DNA from: Vitrella brassicaformis CCMP3155
Lineage: Eukaryota > Protista > Chromerida
Direction of reading: 5' to 3'
Assembly (NCBI GenBank): GCA_001179505.1
Contig: CDMY01000850.1
Span: 1 to 64,000 of the forward strand
DNA length: 64,000 nt
Part shown: positions 25,201 to 36,239 of the stretch, piece after piece
Position numbering within the stretch: the first letter of the stretch is position 1
Layout of the letters: each line of letters starts with the position of its first letter
The notes under the pieces: generated by a model
What the model was told of the DNA's origin: nothing
Databases searched by the model: none
Seen by the model: the letters and a program-made list of their open reading frames with translations, nothing else
Position numbers and translations under genes: made by a program

Positions 25201-26219
25201 ACAGCACCTTGCCCCCATCACCCACACGCACATCCGTCAACCTGACACACAACACAACACACAACACAACACCACGACACAACACATCACAACACGATAC
25301 ACACAGGCAGCGAGCAAGCAAAGCCTCATGGACGCTACACTGCCACCCCTTGATGTGATGTGTGTGCTGCCACCCCTTCCCCTGATGTGTGTGTGTGTTG
25401 GGTGAGCTTACACGACTCTGCCATCGGCGCCGCATGACACGGCCTTGCTGTCGTCAGAGTGCGGCACGAAGCGGGTGCCCTGCGTTGTGACACAGAAACA
25501 CAGGGAGGGAAAGGCCACATGACCAATGCGAGTGCCGTGTGCGTGTGTGGGGTGTTGGGTGCGCACCAGTATGTTGTGTGTATGTGCGGTGGGGACGCGG
25601 TGGAGCAGACGATAGTCAGACGACCAGAAACACTGACACACACACGCACGCAGAAGGAGCCGAAGCAAAGTGAACGTTGAAGCAGTCAGTGCTTCTCTTC
25701 TCGCGTCGGTTCTGCTCAGCCACTCCCTGAGTCACCCATTCCATGCTTGTGCTCGCTCACCAGGTGGACGTCGTCCGATCCCGACACCAAACGAGTCCCA
25801 CTACCATTCCAGTCCTGGTCATGCGAATCGAATTAACCACACCAACAGACACACACACACACGAGCGAAGGAAACGAGATGAATGAATGGATCGTCCATC
25901 CCCCTTTCTTTCATGTCATCTCTCTTACGATGCTGTTGACGCAGCCTCTGTGCGAGGTGAGCTTCTTGCTCAGTTCGAGCCGCTTGACAAACACAGGACT
26001 GCCGACAATGCTCTGCCGCACATTAGCACCAAACGGCCCATTACTCAGACGGGTGGGGTAGCCCTGCCGCCGCTGCGTGATGCACTCGAGCAGCGACGCT
26101 GGGCGGCGGACGGAATGGGTGCTGCTGCTGGAGGGCTCATGGGAAGACGACGCCTCTGCCTGCATCTCCTCTATTTTTCTTGCTTGGTTCCTCAGGAATC
26201 GCTTCTGTTTCTTAGCCAT
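22251..26219 (-). CDS. DCAF8-like WD40 protein with C-terminal FKBP/cyclophilin-type TPR domain, many exons
   Basis: KRLELSKKLTSHRGCVNS, WNGSGTRLVSGSDD, AVSCGADG, FAVGSNDPIVRIYDLR, YVATGGDCGHIFIWDK, VNSIAPHP..PLLASSGIDDDIKIW (DCAF8/DCAF6 family). Then CKQQGNTSF...LNE and KALYRRARAH TPRs. Start and stop approximate. Confidence 0.85.
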
Positions 26220-26330
26220 ACACTCAACTACAGCCTGGAATCGTCGTTTGTGCCCTCTTTTTCGTCGCTTTCTCGGATCGCGAGCTGAAAAGTGCTGCGA
26301 GCTTCCTTGGAAGAAGCAGATCTCCCCCCC

Positions 26331-26968
26331 ATGCAGGCTGCCAGGAGGCAAGCAGTGAGGACGAAACCTCCTTCCCTATTTGCTTGTGGGGCAGCCCGCG
26401 CACACGCGTCATCCTGCGTCAGGACGGTCCGACGCAGCATGCACAGCTCTCAGCCACGTGAGCCCATCGCGGCCCCTGGATCTGCTCGCACGGCAACCCA
26501 TCTTCAATCTCCACCAACGCCGCTCACCTCCTGCAGTAGCCGGATCCGGGCGTTTTCGAGCGACGCCGGTGGCGGTGAAGCAGACAGTGGTGCGCTGCAA
26601 TGGCATGACAGCGAGGAGGTGGCGGAGAAGCTGTTCGAGGCCGAGCCCAAACTGAACCCGCTCAATCTGCGATTCACACAACTGGTGAGAGGGAGCGGAC
26701 GGACACAGATGCAAACCTGGTGCACACGTCGCGTGTTACGCGTTGTGTTTTGTGTGGCTGTGTGCGGGGTGTTCAGGCCGAGAAGGTGATGGCTCTCGAG
26801 TCGTTTTCTGGGACGCAGAAGGAGTGCAACGAGAAGAAGCTTGAAGCCATTCAAATGGTCAGCCAGCCAGAGCCAGTGGCAGACATGCACGGTTGCTCGA
26901 GTCACCATCCTCGGTGCGTCTGCGTGTGATAGGCTTGGTACGAGCTGTACAAGGAAGAGAACGAATGA
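26331..26968 (+). CDS. iscX: Fe-S cluster assembly protein IscX (YfhJ) with mitochondrial-type presequence; introns 26685-26776 and 26858-26932
   Basis: Spliced product LQWHDSEEVAEKLFEAEPKLNPLNLRFTQL|AEKVMALESFSGTQKECNEKKLEAIQM|AWYELYKEENE matches recalled E. coli IscX ([30 protein letters not shown]...SNEKILEAILLVW). Arg/Ser/Ala-rich leader ends RIRAFSS. Confidence 0.92.
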
Positions 26969-27712
26969 TATGGCGAGTGTGGATAAGTGAGATGATTGTG
27001 CTAGTGTCCCGAGAGGGACTGTTTTTTTCAGGGGTGATTGGCTGGCAGCGTGTATCCATGTCTGTGTGTGTCGAGCGCTGCGTTACTGAGTCACTGAGGA
27101 ATATCTTGATGTCTGCCCCATTCGCAGCTGGCCGGCAGGAGGCAAACGACGCCATGGAGGCCCTTGGCCGGGTCTCTGTGGCAACGTTTCCTTCGCTACT
27201 CGACAATTGTCACCAGTCTTTTCTTTGATGGACATTTCTTCCGTACCCCACCAGCCGTGATCTTGATTCATGCTAGTAAGGGCAAGACGTCAAGGAGACT
27301 GTCCAACATACGCTCACACGGGGTCAGACACACTGAACGAAAACCCGAACTCTCTCTGAAGAGGCAGTGAGCAATACAATCAGCTGGAAGACACGCACAC
27401 ACACCAATCAAAATGGCGCACGTGCAAGCAACGACGTGCGATTGGATTGGCTGGTTAGGAAGAAAGAGAGAGGCATCCGATCGGCCGATACATGCACTGA
27501 TGCACCCACCAGTGGCCACACACCGTGACCCGATGATTCGTTATATGAGTCTGCACCGCAAGACCGTAGAATGGAGACGCCAGGCAGAGCATAGTGGGCC
27601 CTGACACACGTACACACAGAGACAAGCATCCATCAGCACAGTGGCATTCCACATGTCTGTCTGTCTGCAGCCTACCTACCTACCTGTCGGTGTCTCTGCG
27701 TCTCCCGTCTGT

Positions 27713-28864
27713 CTACTGCACCGCATCGACCTGCATCGGATAGCAAACCTGCCCCGGTCTCCCGTCGTGGACCACAGCCGCCTGTCCAGGCAGGTGATAG
27801 TGCACATGGTCACTGAACCGCCCCCCGCCGCTGCGCCGATGCGTCTGCACGGAGAAGGCCGACTGTGAGCTGGTCTGGCTGAAGTCGCTCGATGCATCGC
27901 TGGTAGGGTCCCAATCACACGGGTCGTGGTCTCTGGGAGTGCGCATGCCCGATCTCCGCGGCCTCACGTCTCCGTAGAAGCGCTGCATCGTCTTGACAAG
28001 GTTGCCGTGCTCAGAGTGGTGGAGAAAAGGCTGCACGAACGGCTTCCGGACCCCGATGCCAATGTGGTGAGATTGAGAGGGGAATCCCGCGCCGTGTCCA
28101 TGGTGGACGACTTGCGGCTGCGAGGCTTGGGCCTGCGGCAGTCTGGTCGCCGTCGCCACCTTTGTACGATTCCCTGGCTCCCCGAATATGGGCGGGAGGT
28201 GCGTCGGCGGCCTGGAGTAGACACCGTCACCTTCCTGGTCTCGCTCAATCTCTCCCGGTAGCTGAAACGTGGCTGTCTCGGTCGGGGTGGAGCTTTTCCA
28301 TCCACTGGGGTGGTGATGGTTGTCGGCAGCCGTGGTGCCGTCATGGCAGCTGTTTGGCAAATCGCTGGCCATGCCGATGATGGTGGCGTCGACGACAGAG
28401 CCGGGCACATGCATGGGTGCGCCCCTCAAGTGCCCAGTAATGGGCGGCAGCGAGCCAACCTGCGACCCCTCTGCCACATCATCCCTCTTGTCTCCTCGAT
28501 GGGATATGGGCGGGATGGGCTGCTCATCCGACGGCTCTCCGCCCGTGTTGTTGGTGACCGTGTTGCTCGTCTGGTTCGCCGCAGCCTCCCCCGATGAACG
28601 GTCTGAAGGCCCCACTGAGGGCCCTGTGGCCTCAACCTCATCTCGGCTGCCCCGCCGCACACCCGTCTTGCGCAGTCCCCCGACGAACGATGTGTCTCTG
28701 TCTCCATCGCGTCGTCTTCTGTGTTTGCGGGGCGGGGGCGTGACGAATGTCCTTGCGGGGAGGGCCTTCCACACCAACAAATACAGCAGGAGGACGGCCA
28801 CCCAGAAGAGGGCCCCGCCGAGGTAGCGAAGGGTCTGATCCGTCGCCCACTGGTAGTCACTCAT
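27713..28864 (-). CDS. Hypothetical protein with one N-terminal TM helix and a long disordered tail
   Basis: 383-aa ORF with TM YLGGALFWVAVLLLYLLVWK. An in-frame upstream exon (~29000-29190) may be joined through a GTGAGC...TAG intron. Confidence 0.55.
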   Translation of the reverse strand: MSDYQWATDQTLRYLGGALFWVAVLLLYLLVWKALPARTFVTPPPRKHRRRRDGDRDTSFVGGLRKTGVRRGSRDEVEATGPSVGPSDRSSGEAAANQTSNTVTNNTGGEPSDEQPIPPISHRGDKRDDVAEGSQVGSLPPITGHLRGAPMHVPGSVVDATIIGMASDLPNSCHDGTTAADNHHHPSGWKSSTPTETATFQLPGEIERDQEGDGVYSRPPTHLPPIFGEPGNRTKVATATRLPQAQASQPQVVHHGHGAGFPSQSHHIGIGVRKPFVQPFLHHSEHGNLVKTMQRFYGDVRPRRSGMRTPRDHDPCDWDPTSDASSDFSQTSSQSAFSVQTHRRSGGGRFSDHVHYHLPGQAAVVHDGRPGQVCYPMQVDAVQ

Positions 28865-29954
28865 GATGCGACGCAGCTATGGATGGATGGATGGCTGAAT
28901 GTCAGAGGACAACACGAGGGCGGAATGGGGGAGGAAAGGGGAGAGACGTCCAACAGCCTGTTGATAGAAGAGCCGATAGAGGAGCCGATAGCTCACTTCT
29001 AGAGCCTGTTGCCAGTCGATCAGCCTCGTGGCGCCCGAGAGGGCCTTCAGCAGCGCACGTGGCTCGGAAAAGCGTGACTTCGCATCTCTCCTGTAGCGTC
29101 GCCTGTCCCGCTTCTGCAGTAACGTCTCCAGTAATGCATAGTCCAGGAAACAGACCAGAAGCAGCGTTGAGTAGTGTGATGGTCTCGCCAAGCCGAGTGA
29201 CTGCCGAGTGACCGTCGGAGGATGCGGATGGCAGTGGCAGTTTTTCCGAATCGGGGGGTTCGGTCCCTCTGTTGGGGGCCCTGCCGATCGCCGAGCTGCT
29301 CGGGCACGAATACATTTGCTGCATGGCCAAGCTTGTTTGTCATCGTCTCAGTGTCCCGTTTTCATAGCCCGTCCGTCCGTCCAAGCTACAGATCTCTCAT
29401 CGAACAGCAGCAATCTATACACCCAATACCCATCCACGATATGAAGATACAAGACGTACGCGCACACAAACAGCCGTATCCCAGTCACATCATGAGTATC
29501 CCTTTCCCAAATAAGAGCAACATTGCCGATCGATGCACTAATCTGATAGATATACCAATAGGCAGGCAGGCAGGCACAAACACACCAGGTCGGCAGGCGC
29601 CCAAACCATTGCAGGACACCCGTGTGTATCACCCACCCACTCGCCTTTACGTCAACCACACACAACGACACCAATAGAGCAAAAGAGGGGATGCTTTATT
29701 TACCCCAAAAAGTGGATCAGCAAAGTAAGCCATACCAATACCATGCCGCTGCCTGCCTTCGTATTTCGTCCATCCCCATCCATATGCTCACAAGCTGATT
29801 ACCAAGCCGCGCTTTTCGTCACTCCTGGGCGGTCGCACTCTCGGCCGGACTGGTGTGGGCCGAGACGTAGTGGTCAAACCACAGCTTCCTGACACACACA
29901 TCCAGCCAAGCCCCTCTGCTGTGTGAACGTCGATGGCGTCGTCCTTTTCGTTTC

Positions 29955-32089
29955 TCACTTGTAGACGAGTCCGTAGACCTGCCAGTGCCCCTCCAGCACA
30001 CTCAACAGCTGCACTGTCGTCCGGTTGATCGCATCCACCGAGAACTTGAGCTCCCAGGGGCTATCGCCCATCGCTGTCGACGACAGAGGGAACGCCGCCT
30101 CCTCGTCCGGCCGGGAACCGCCACGTGCAGACATGGGTCTACTCGGCGGGCGGCTGGCCGGCCGGCTGGGCGGTCTGCTGCCGGGTGTCGTGCGCGCGGT
30201 TAGGGCGCCCTCGACGGCCGTCTGGAAGGCGCCGAAGACACGCTTGAGCAGCACTTGCAGCACGGCACTATCGCTCGCCAGACACTTGCGCAGCTTCTCC
30301 TTCGGACACAGAGAAGGGCAAACACCATGAGATTGCGAAACATCTTATGACGTGTTAGGGGTGTTACCTTAAGGCTCTCTTTCTGTTCGTCGGCGAGGAG
30401 CGTAGGGCTTGGCGTCGCGGCGGACTGTGTGTCCTCGGGAATGGCGGTCTGCGTCTGCTGCTGACGGGCATTCTCAATGATCACACGATCAATGCACAAC
30501 ACCAACACCTCACTGAGACCTGCACACATACGGAGAGACCACATTTGAGTATCCCCATTGCTTGTCTGTCCTTCTCTCATGTTTTATTCCGATTCGCTCG
30601 CTCACTCGTGATGGATATGTGTGGCTCCTGCAGCGACGCTTCGACGGCCTTGTACACTTGCTCCACCAGCCCCTTGTCCGCCACTTGGCTGGGGAACAGG
30701 GGCGTCGCCAACACGGCCACCAGCGCCAGCACAGCCGCACGCTGCAGGCCGTCCTGCACCCCGTGCAGACGCGACAAGTCCAGCCGCAGGGGCTCCGGGC
30801 AGTCGCCCATCTGCAGGGGCTTGTCGCTGGCTATGAGCTCGGCCATCCTCTGTACAAACACGGGGTACACTGGCGGCAGGGCAGCGGCGATCTCGGCTTG
30901 TGAGGGAGGGGCCGCGGATGGCGGGCTGGGCGAGCGGGGCAGCGTCAACGCGGGGGCGTCAGTGAAAAGGAAGGAGTTGGTGCGTGCCAGACCGATCTCG
31001 CCTGATGGACATCACACGCAACTGTCGGTGTGAATGTTGCTGTGCCTTCGCCCTACCCACTCACGCACCTCTGTCGAGCATCTTAGCGAAGTGCTGCTGC
31101 TCCATCTTCTGCCGCTGGATGCCGTTGATCTGACTCATGCGCCACTGCTGGATCTCGCTCTCCAATATGTCCAGCCGACTAAACAGGTACTTCAGGCTCT
31201 CGATAATGGCCAAATGAAACCCCTGGAGGAACGCGGCCGCGTCCTGCTCGCCAAGGCCGGCGAGCTTCTGCTGCATCTCGGTGAACCATTTGACGGTCTG
31301 CTCGTGTCTGAATGGCGACTCGAGGTCGTGCAGCGAGGTGACGAGGAACCCGATGACGGACTGCAGGGCTGAGGGGTCGAATGTCTTGGTCTCTACTTGC
31401 TTCTTGACCAGGTCCAGGTCAAGACTCTCCAAGAACGCCTCGCGACGCTTCTCTGCGCCAGCCACAGCCACAGACAGACAGACAGATTGGTCTGTCTGCG
31501 TCATTCATGGGGGTGTTTGCTTCTCAGTACCAGGTATGTATCTGGCCATGGTGTTTCTGAGCTCGTTGAGGTGCTGCAGGACGATGTCATACTGTGGCGG
31601 TGACTGGTCGAGGTACCACTGTGTGTTGTCCCAGAAGGCCTTCTTCATCGTCTCAGCCACCCTGTTGGCGAGCGCCTCCTCGCGATTCATGAGGCCCACG
31701 CCCTGCACGAGGCCGTGCTGGCTGATGCCGAACCCCTCGTTGACGCGCATGGCGTGCAGGTACATCCACTGGCTCGTCATCGAGTTGAGGGCCGCCGCAT
31801 AGGCGTGGAGGTGGTCAAGGCCCTTCTCGCCATATCTCTGGCAAAACAGACACAGAATGATTCCCTCCATGCTTTCTCCTTTCGTGTGGTTCCTCTCTCT
31901 ATGTACCTCTGCAAGTTGCGCCATCTTTTGTTTGAGGCTCTGGAGGTCCTCGGCCGTGGCGAAGCCGATATTGCTCGAGATTTTCTGCAGGAGGGCCTCA
32001 CACTCCTTGACGAGGGGATCATTGGGAGCGACAACACCCTCAGCTGGTGACGGCTCAGTCGACGGGATAACAGGAGAGTTCGCTGACAT
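29955..32089 (-). CDS. T-complex protein 11 (TCP11/SOK1) family protein, multi-exon
   Basis: MKKAFWD...YDIVLQHLNELR, ESLDLDLVKKQVETKTFD, LESPFRH, LKYLFSRLDILESEI, YPVFVQRM, EPLRLDLSRL, EGHWQVYGLVY are typical of TCP11. Confidence 0.85.
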
Positions 32090-32254
32090 CGTCGCAGCAA
32101 GCTGATGACACAGGAACCGCTCCGGTGAGGATCACGAGGCTATGGGGAGTGCCGAGAGGCCGCTACCAATCTCCGGGGCCCGCCGAACCAGTTGCGAGCC
32201 TGAGGTCTGTGAGCTTAGCTCGCAGAAGAACTCGTTTGCTCGAAGACAGGAACC

Positions 32255-33673
32255 ATGTCCAAGCGAGGCCGACAGGAGGATGCTTTTGTGGAGGATGAGG
32301 AGATCGACGAAGATCATGCTAGCGATCTCGATGAAGAAGATATCATGGATGAAGGCGTGGCAGACGGCGACGGAGATGAGGAAGAGGATGGCCTGATGGA
32401 CGATGACCAAGGCGAGGAGGACGAGGACAGTGAGGATGAACTCCAAGACGAAGAGATCGACGAGGAGCAGGTGGGCCACGACTCTCATGACAAAGATGGG
32501 ATGGTATGGATGGATGCCTCATCTGCTGCGTGTGTGGCTGTAGGAAGCGCGTGACGCTGACATGGATCAATATGTCAGGGCCGAGGAGGCAGGTACGCTC
32601 GTCCCGGGATGAAGGCGCTGTCTGATCCATCCATTGTGTGTGTCGTCTAAACGTCTGCAGCCAAGATTGGGAGCGCCGTGGCCGAGTCTGGAGCCATCGT
32701 GCCCGTCAAGACCGAGCCATCGGCGGAGCTTGACAAGATTGCTTCGTGTAAGCACAAACAGGAATGTGGCTTCTCTTAGTACCTGGTGTTGCTCACCCAG
32801 CCATTTCTGAGATACTGTCGAGGCCCGTCAAGGGCAAGGGACTCATGGCTGAGGTATCAAGGGCAAACCACAGGCAGGCCCTCGATTCACTGAGCACCCC
32901 ACATTCTCGTTGGCGTGGTGTAGGCCCCTGTCCTCTCTGAAAGGAGAGACCTCCTGCAAGCCGTTGACGTACGTAGCGATTCCATGACACCTACAGCTTA
33001 GGCGTACCACTGACGGCTGTGGTGCGTGTGTGGTGCATGTGTGTGTGTTCAGGAGAGGCGTCAAGAGGAGAAGCTGCGGCGGCGGCTAGCGCACGAGAAG
33101 AAGAAGCTTCGGGAGGCCGCCCACCAGCCGGTGGATGTCCTGCAAAAGGACTTTGAGCGACAGCTCAAGAAAATAGCGACTAGAGGAGGTGAGTACAGCC
33201 GTGAGAGAGAACACACCCGCATGTTTGCTGATGTCGTCTGTCTATGCGTGTGTGTGTGTGTGTGTGTGTGTGCAGTGGTGAAGTTGTTCAATGCCGTTAT
33301 GGACTACCGCCAAAGACAGCCGCGCATCGATGCAGAGCACAAGAGAGAGGAGCTGAAGGAGAAAGCGAAAAGACACCAGCAGCACAAGGCGCGAAGGCTG
33401 GCCAAGAAGAGCAACGGTGAGGTTAGGAAGACGTGGGATCACATTTGCCGACACACACACACATTTGTGTGTGCGCGCTATGTATGGGCAGTTGAGGCGG
33501 ATGAGCGAGGGAAAAAGGCCTTCCTTGCTGTCCTCAACTCATCCAAGAATGCCCCTCCTGCAGCCAAGGGCAGTGCATTCAATGTCAAAGAGCAGGTCAA
33601 GCAGGAGGACGTATCCTCCTCCAGCAAACAGATGGTGAATGAAGCAGAATCTGGTTCTGGCCGACTTACTTAA
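32255..33673 (+). CDS. RRP15: Ribosome biogenesis protein RRP15-like, multi-exon
   Basis: Acidic N-terminus, then FERQLKKIATRG|VVKLFNAV, the Rrp15 signature. The 3' end is uncertain (33673 or ~33720). Confidence 0.85.
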
Positions 33674-33929
33674 GTTGTCTTTCACGAGTCGTTGTTGGAT
33701 CTCTGTGTGCAGGTCGTGTGATGGATAAATCACGCGCAGAACAGTGAAGTGTGCCAGTGCCAGTGTGTACAGTGTGTGCCCGCCGTGTACGTGTGTCTGT
33801 GTGTGTATGCGTTGCTGTGTCTGTATGATTGACTGACACATACATATGTGAATCAATCAATCGGCACTGCTTTGCTTGTCATTTCCGCTCGACTGACTGC
33901 AAACGACGCCGAATCGATCACAAGCAACG

Positions 33930-34725
33930 ATGATGGGCTGCAAGTACCTTCTGCTGCTCTTGGCTCTCGCTGTCGTGCCGCTCTCGTCTGCTCGCTCTCG
34001 CCTGCTGCCCGGCCTCGGCCTGTCGTCTGTGTTTGGTGGCGGTGGAGCCGCTGCACCGCCGGCGGGCATTGCACCAGAGGAGGAAGTCGCACCTGAAGGT
34101 CAGTCACACACAAACAGAACCAACACACTCCTAGCTGTCTCCCGTGCATCTGTGGCTGCATCTGTCTCTGTGTGTGTGTGTGTGTGTGTGTCAGAGGAGG
34201 CTGGTCCACTGACGTCTCTCGACTCGCTCATCGACGACCTGCACAAGGAAAGTGTGCGGCTCGATCAGGAGATAGCGGGTTTGAAGGTCCAGGGCGCGAC
34301 GCTGCCCGAGGAGCGAGCACTGAAGACGCCCCTGCCTGACGTCAAATCCACACTCGAAGCAGACAAGAGAGCCCCGCCCGCTGTCATCGTCGTCGGTCCG
34401 TCCACTCACACACAGCCAGCCATACACAGACAGACAGACAGATGAGAGACACAACCTCCCTCCCCGATCCACTCATGCATCAGAGCCCGAGGGTCCCTCA
34501 GCAGAGGAGCGGCTGGCAGCCCTCAAGAAGCGAGACTGCGAATACGAACGAGACCTCATCAAACTGCAGCAGGAAGGTCAGACAGGCAGAGAGACACGCA
34601 AAGGAGACACACACTCGTGCCGATGCATATGTGTGCGTGTCTCTGTGTGTGTGTGTTTAGAGGAGATGTTGCATCCGTCGGCAGCACACACACACACACA
34701 CAGAGGAGGGAGGGACACCCCCCCA

Positions 34726-34756
<31 letters not shown>

Positions 34757-35298
34757 GTCTCTCATCAGAGGCAGCACGCCAGCGACCAGCGAGAGCACCA
34801 GCGATCTGATGAGAGACGAGGAAAGAGTCCTGGACGCGATGATTTTGGTCGTCGGCCGGAACCTCAAGAGGCTCTTCGACGAGAGAGACAGACGCCTGCA
34901 TGCCTCCCCGACAGCAGCAGCCCGTCTGGCCCGGGCGCCGTGCGTCGGGTAAGTCACAAGGACAGCTGAGAGGGGAGGAGGGACGGCTGTGTGTGTATGT
35001 CTATCTCCATACATTTGTGTGCAGTGGTGGTGCTCTGTCTCGTTTGGGCGGCGCGTCGAGTCTCTCTCTATGTCTATCTCCATACATTTGTGTGCAGTGG
35101 TGGTGCTCTGTCTCGTTTGGGCGGCGCGTCGAGTCTCTCGGCTATCGAAGACGACATCACACGGCTGCAGACACAACTGGCAGACCTGCAAAGGGTGAGT
35201 TCGTGGACACGGTGACCACACACACAACCTGCTACCCATTCGCTGTCTGTGTGTCTCTGTCTATGTGTCTGAGTCAGCGACGAGCGGCTCTCGGCTGA
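33930..35298 (+). CDS. Hypothetical secreted coiled-coil protein (copy A), multi-exon
   Basis: Signal peptide MMGCKYLLLLLALAVVPLSSA. Spliced exons give LDSLIDDLHKESVRLDQEIAGLK and IEDDITRLQTQLADLQR|RRAALG*. Confidence 0.6.
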
Positions 35299-35710
35299 GT
35301 CATGTTGGAAGAGACACCGACAGACACAGACACAGACACAGACACAGACGTGTTGATGGACAGACGCGCGATGCATTTCAACTGAAGTGATATGTGAACG
35401 CTTACCACTTGCCCTTTTGTGTTATAGACAGATAGATAGACAGATAGACAGATAGATAGATGGATAGATCCACGTTCTTTCTGTCGACGTTTCTCTTCGA
35501 CATGCAGCTCGATCACACCCCCAGAATCTCTCACACGCTGAGGGTTCATATGTCTGCGCGTGTCTTTTTGGTCGGGTGTGGCTGGGAGGGAGGGAGGGTG
35601 GACTCATTTACTCATTTATTCGATCTTGTGTGCTCCACCACACATATGCACAAATGGATGGAAGCACACACTCGATCACAAATAAGTCCGCGATGGAGAC
35701 AGATAGCAAA
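34003..35710 (+). repeat. Left arm of an inverted segmental duplication (partner 40212-41620)
   Basis: Near-identical exons, introns and 3' flank recur reverse-complemented at 40212-41620. Confidence 0.95.
34996..35139 (+). repeat. 73-bp tandem duplication spanning a splice acceptor
   Basis: Unit TATGTCTATCTCCATACATTTGTGTGCAGTGGTGG...GAGTCTCTC starts at 34996 and 35069; single copy in the inverted arm. Confidence 0.95.
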
Positions 35711-36239
35711 TTGCCGCCATAGACACCCTCGCAAACCTCCACAATGCACACACCACACACATACACAGCCGGCGCAGCACGAGCGAAAACGGCGAGCGGT
35801 GTGTCACGCAGCGCTTGCATTCACTCGCAATGCCATCATATCTCATGTGTCAAGACCGAGACGGATCAGATGCGCAAGCATTCGTGGGAGATGTGTTGCT
35901 CTTTTCCCTAGTTGAGGCGCTTGTTGGGCATAAATGCATTCGTGAGGGCCGTGTGTGGGGCGGCGTGGTGGTGTAGGGGGTGGGTAAAGCGACGACACGC
36001 ACGCACACGAGCCACATATACAGCCCACGCAAGCACTGCTGTCCATCGTGCACATGTGTGTATGGACCGATGAGTTCGGTCGATAGGGCTACGTCTGTGT
36101 GTCTCACAGATGCACTGTGGCAGCGCTGCGCTATCTACCTCCGCCACTTCGTCGTGGCCGTCCTCCTCCACCCCCACCTGGCACATATGGGGGGTGGAAT
36201 GCACACAGCCATCCATCCATCGACCGATGACCCGCACAA

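Noticed and set aside
34996-35139. Direct repeats considered as a CRISPR-like array
   Set aside because: Only two adjacent copies, no spacers, eukaryotic intron context.
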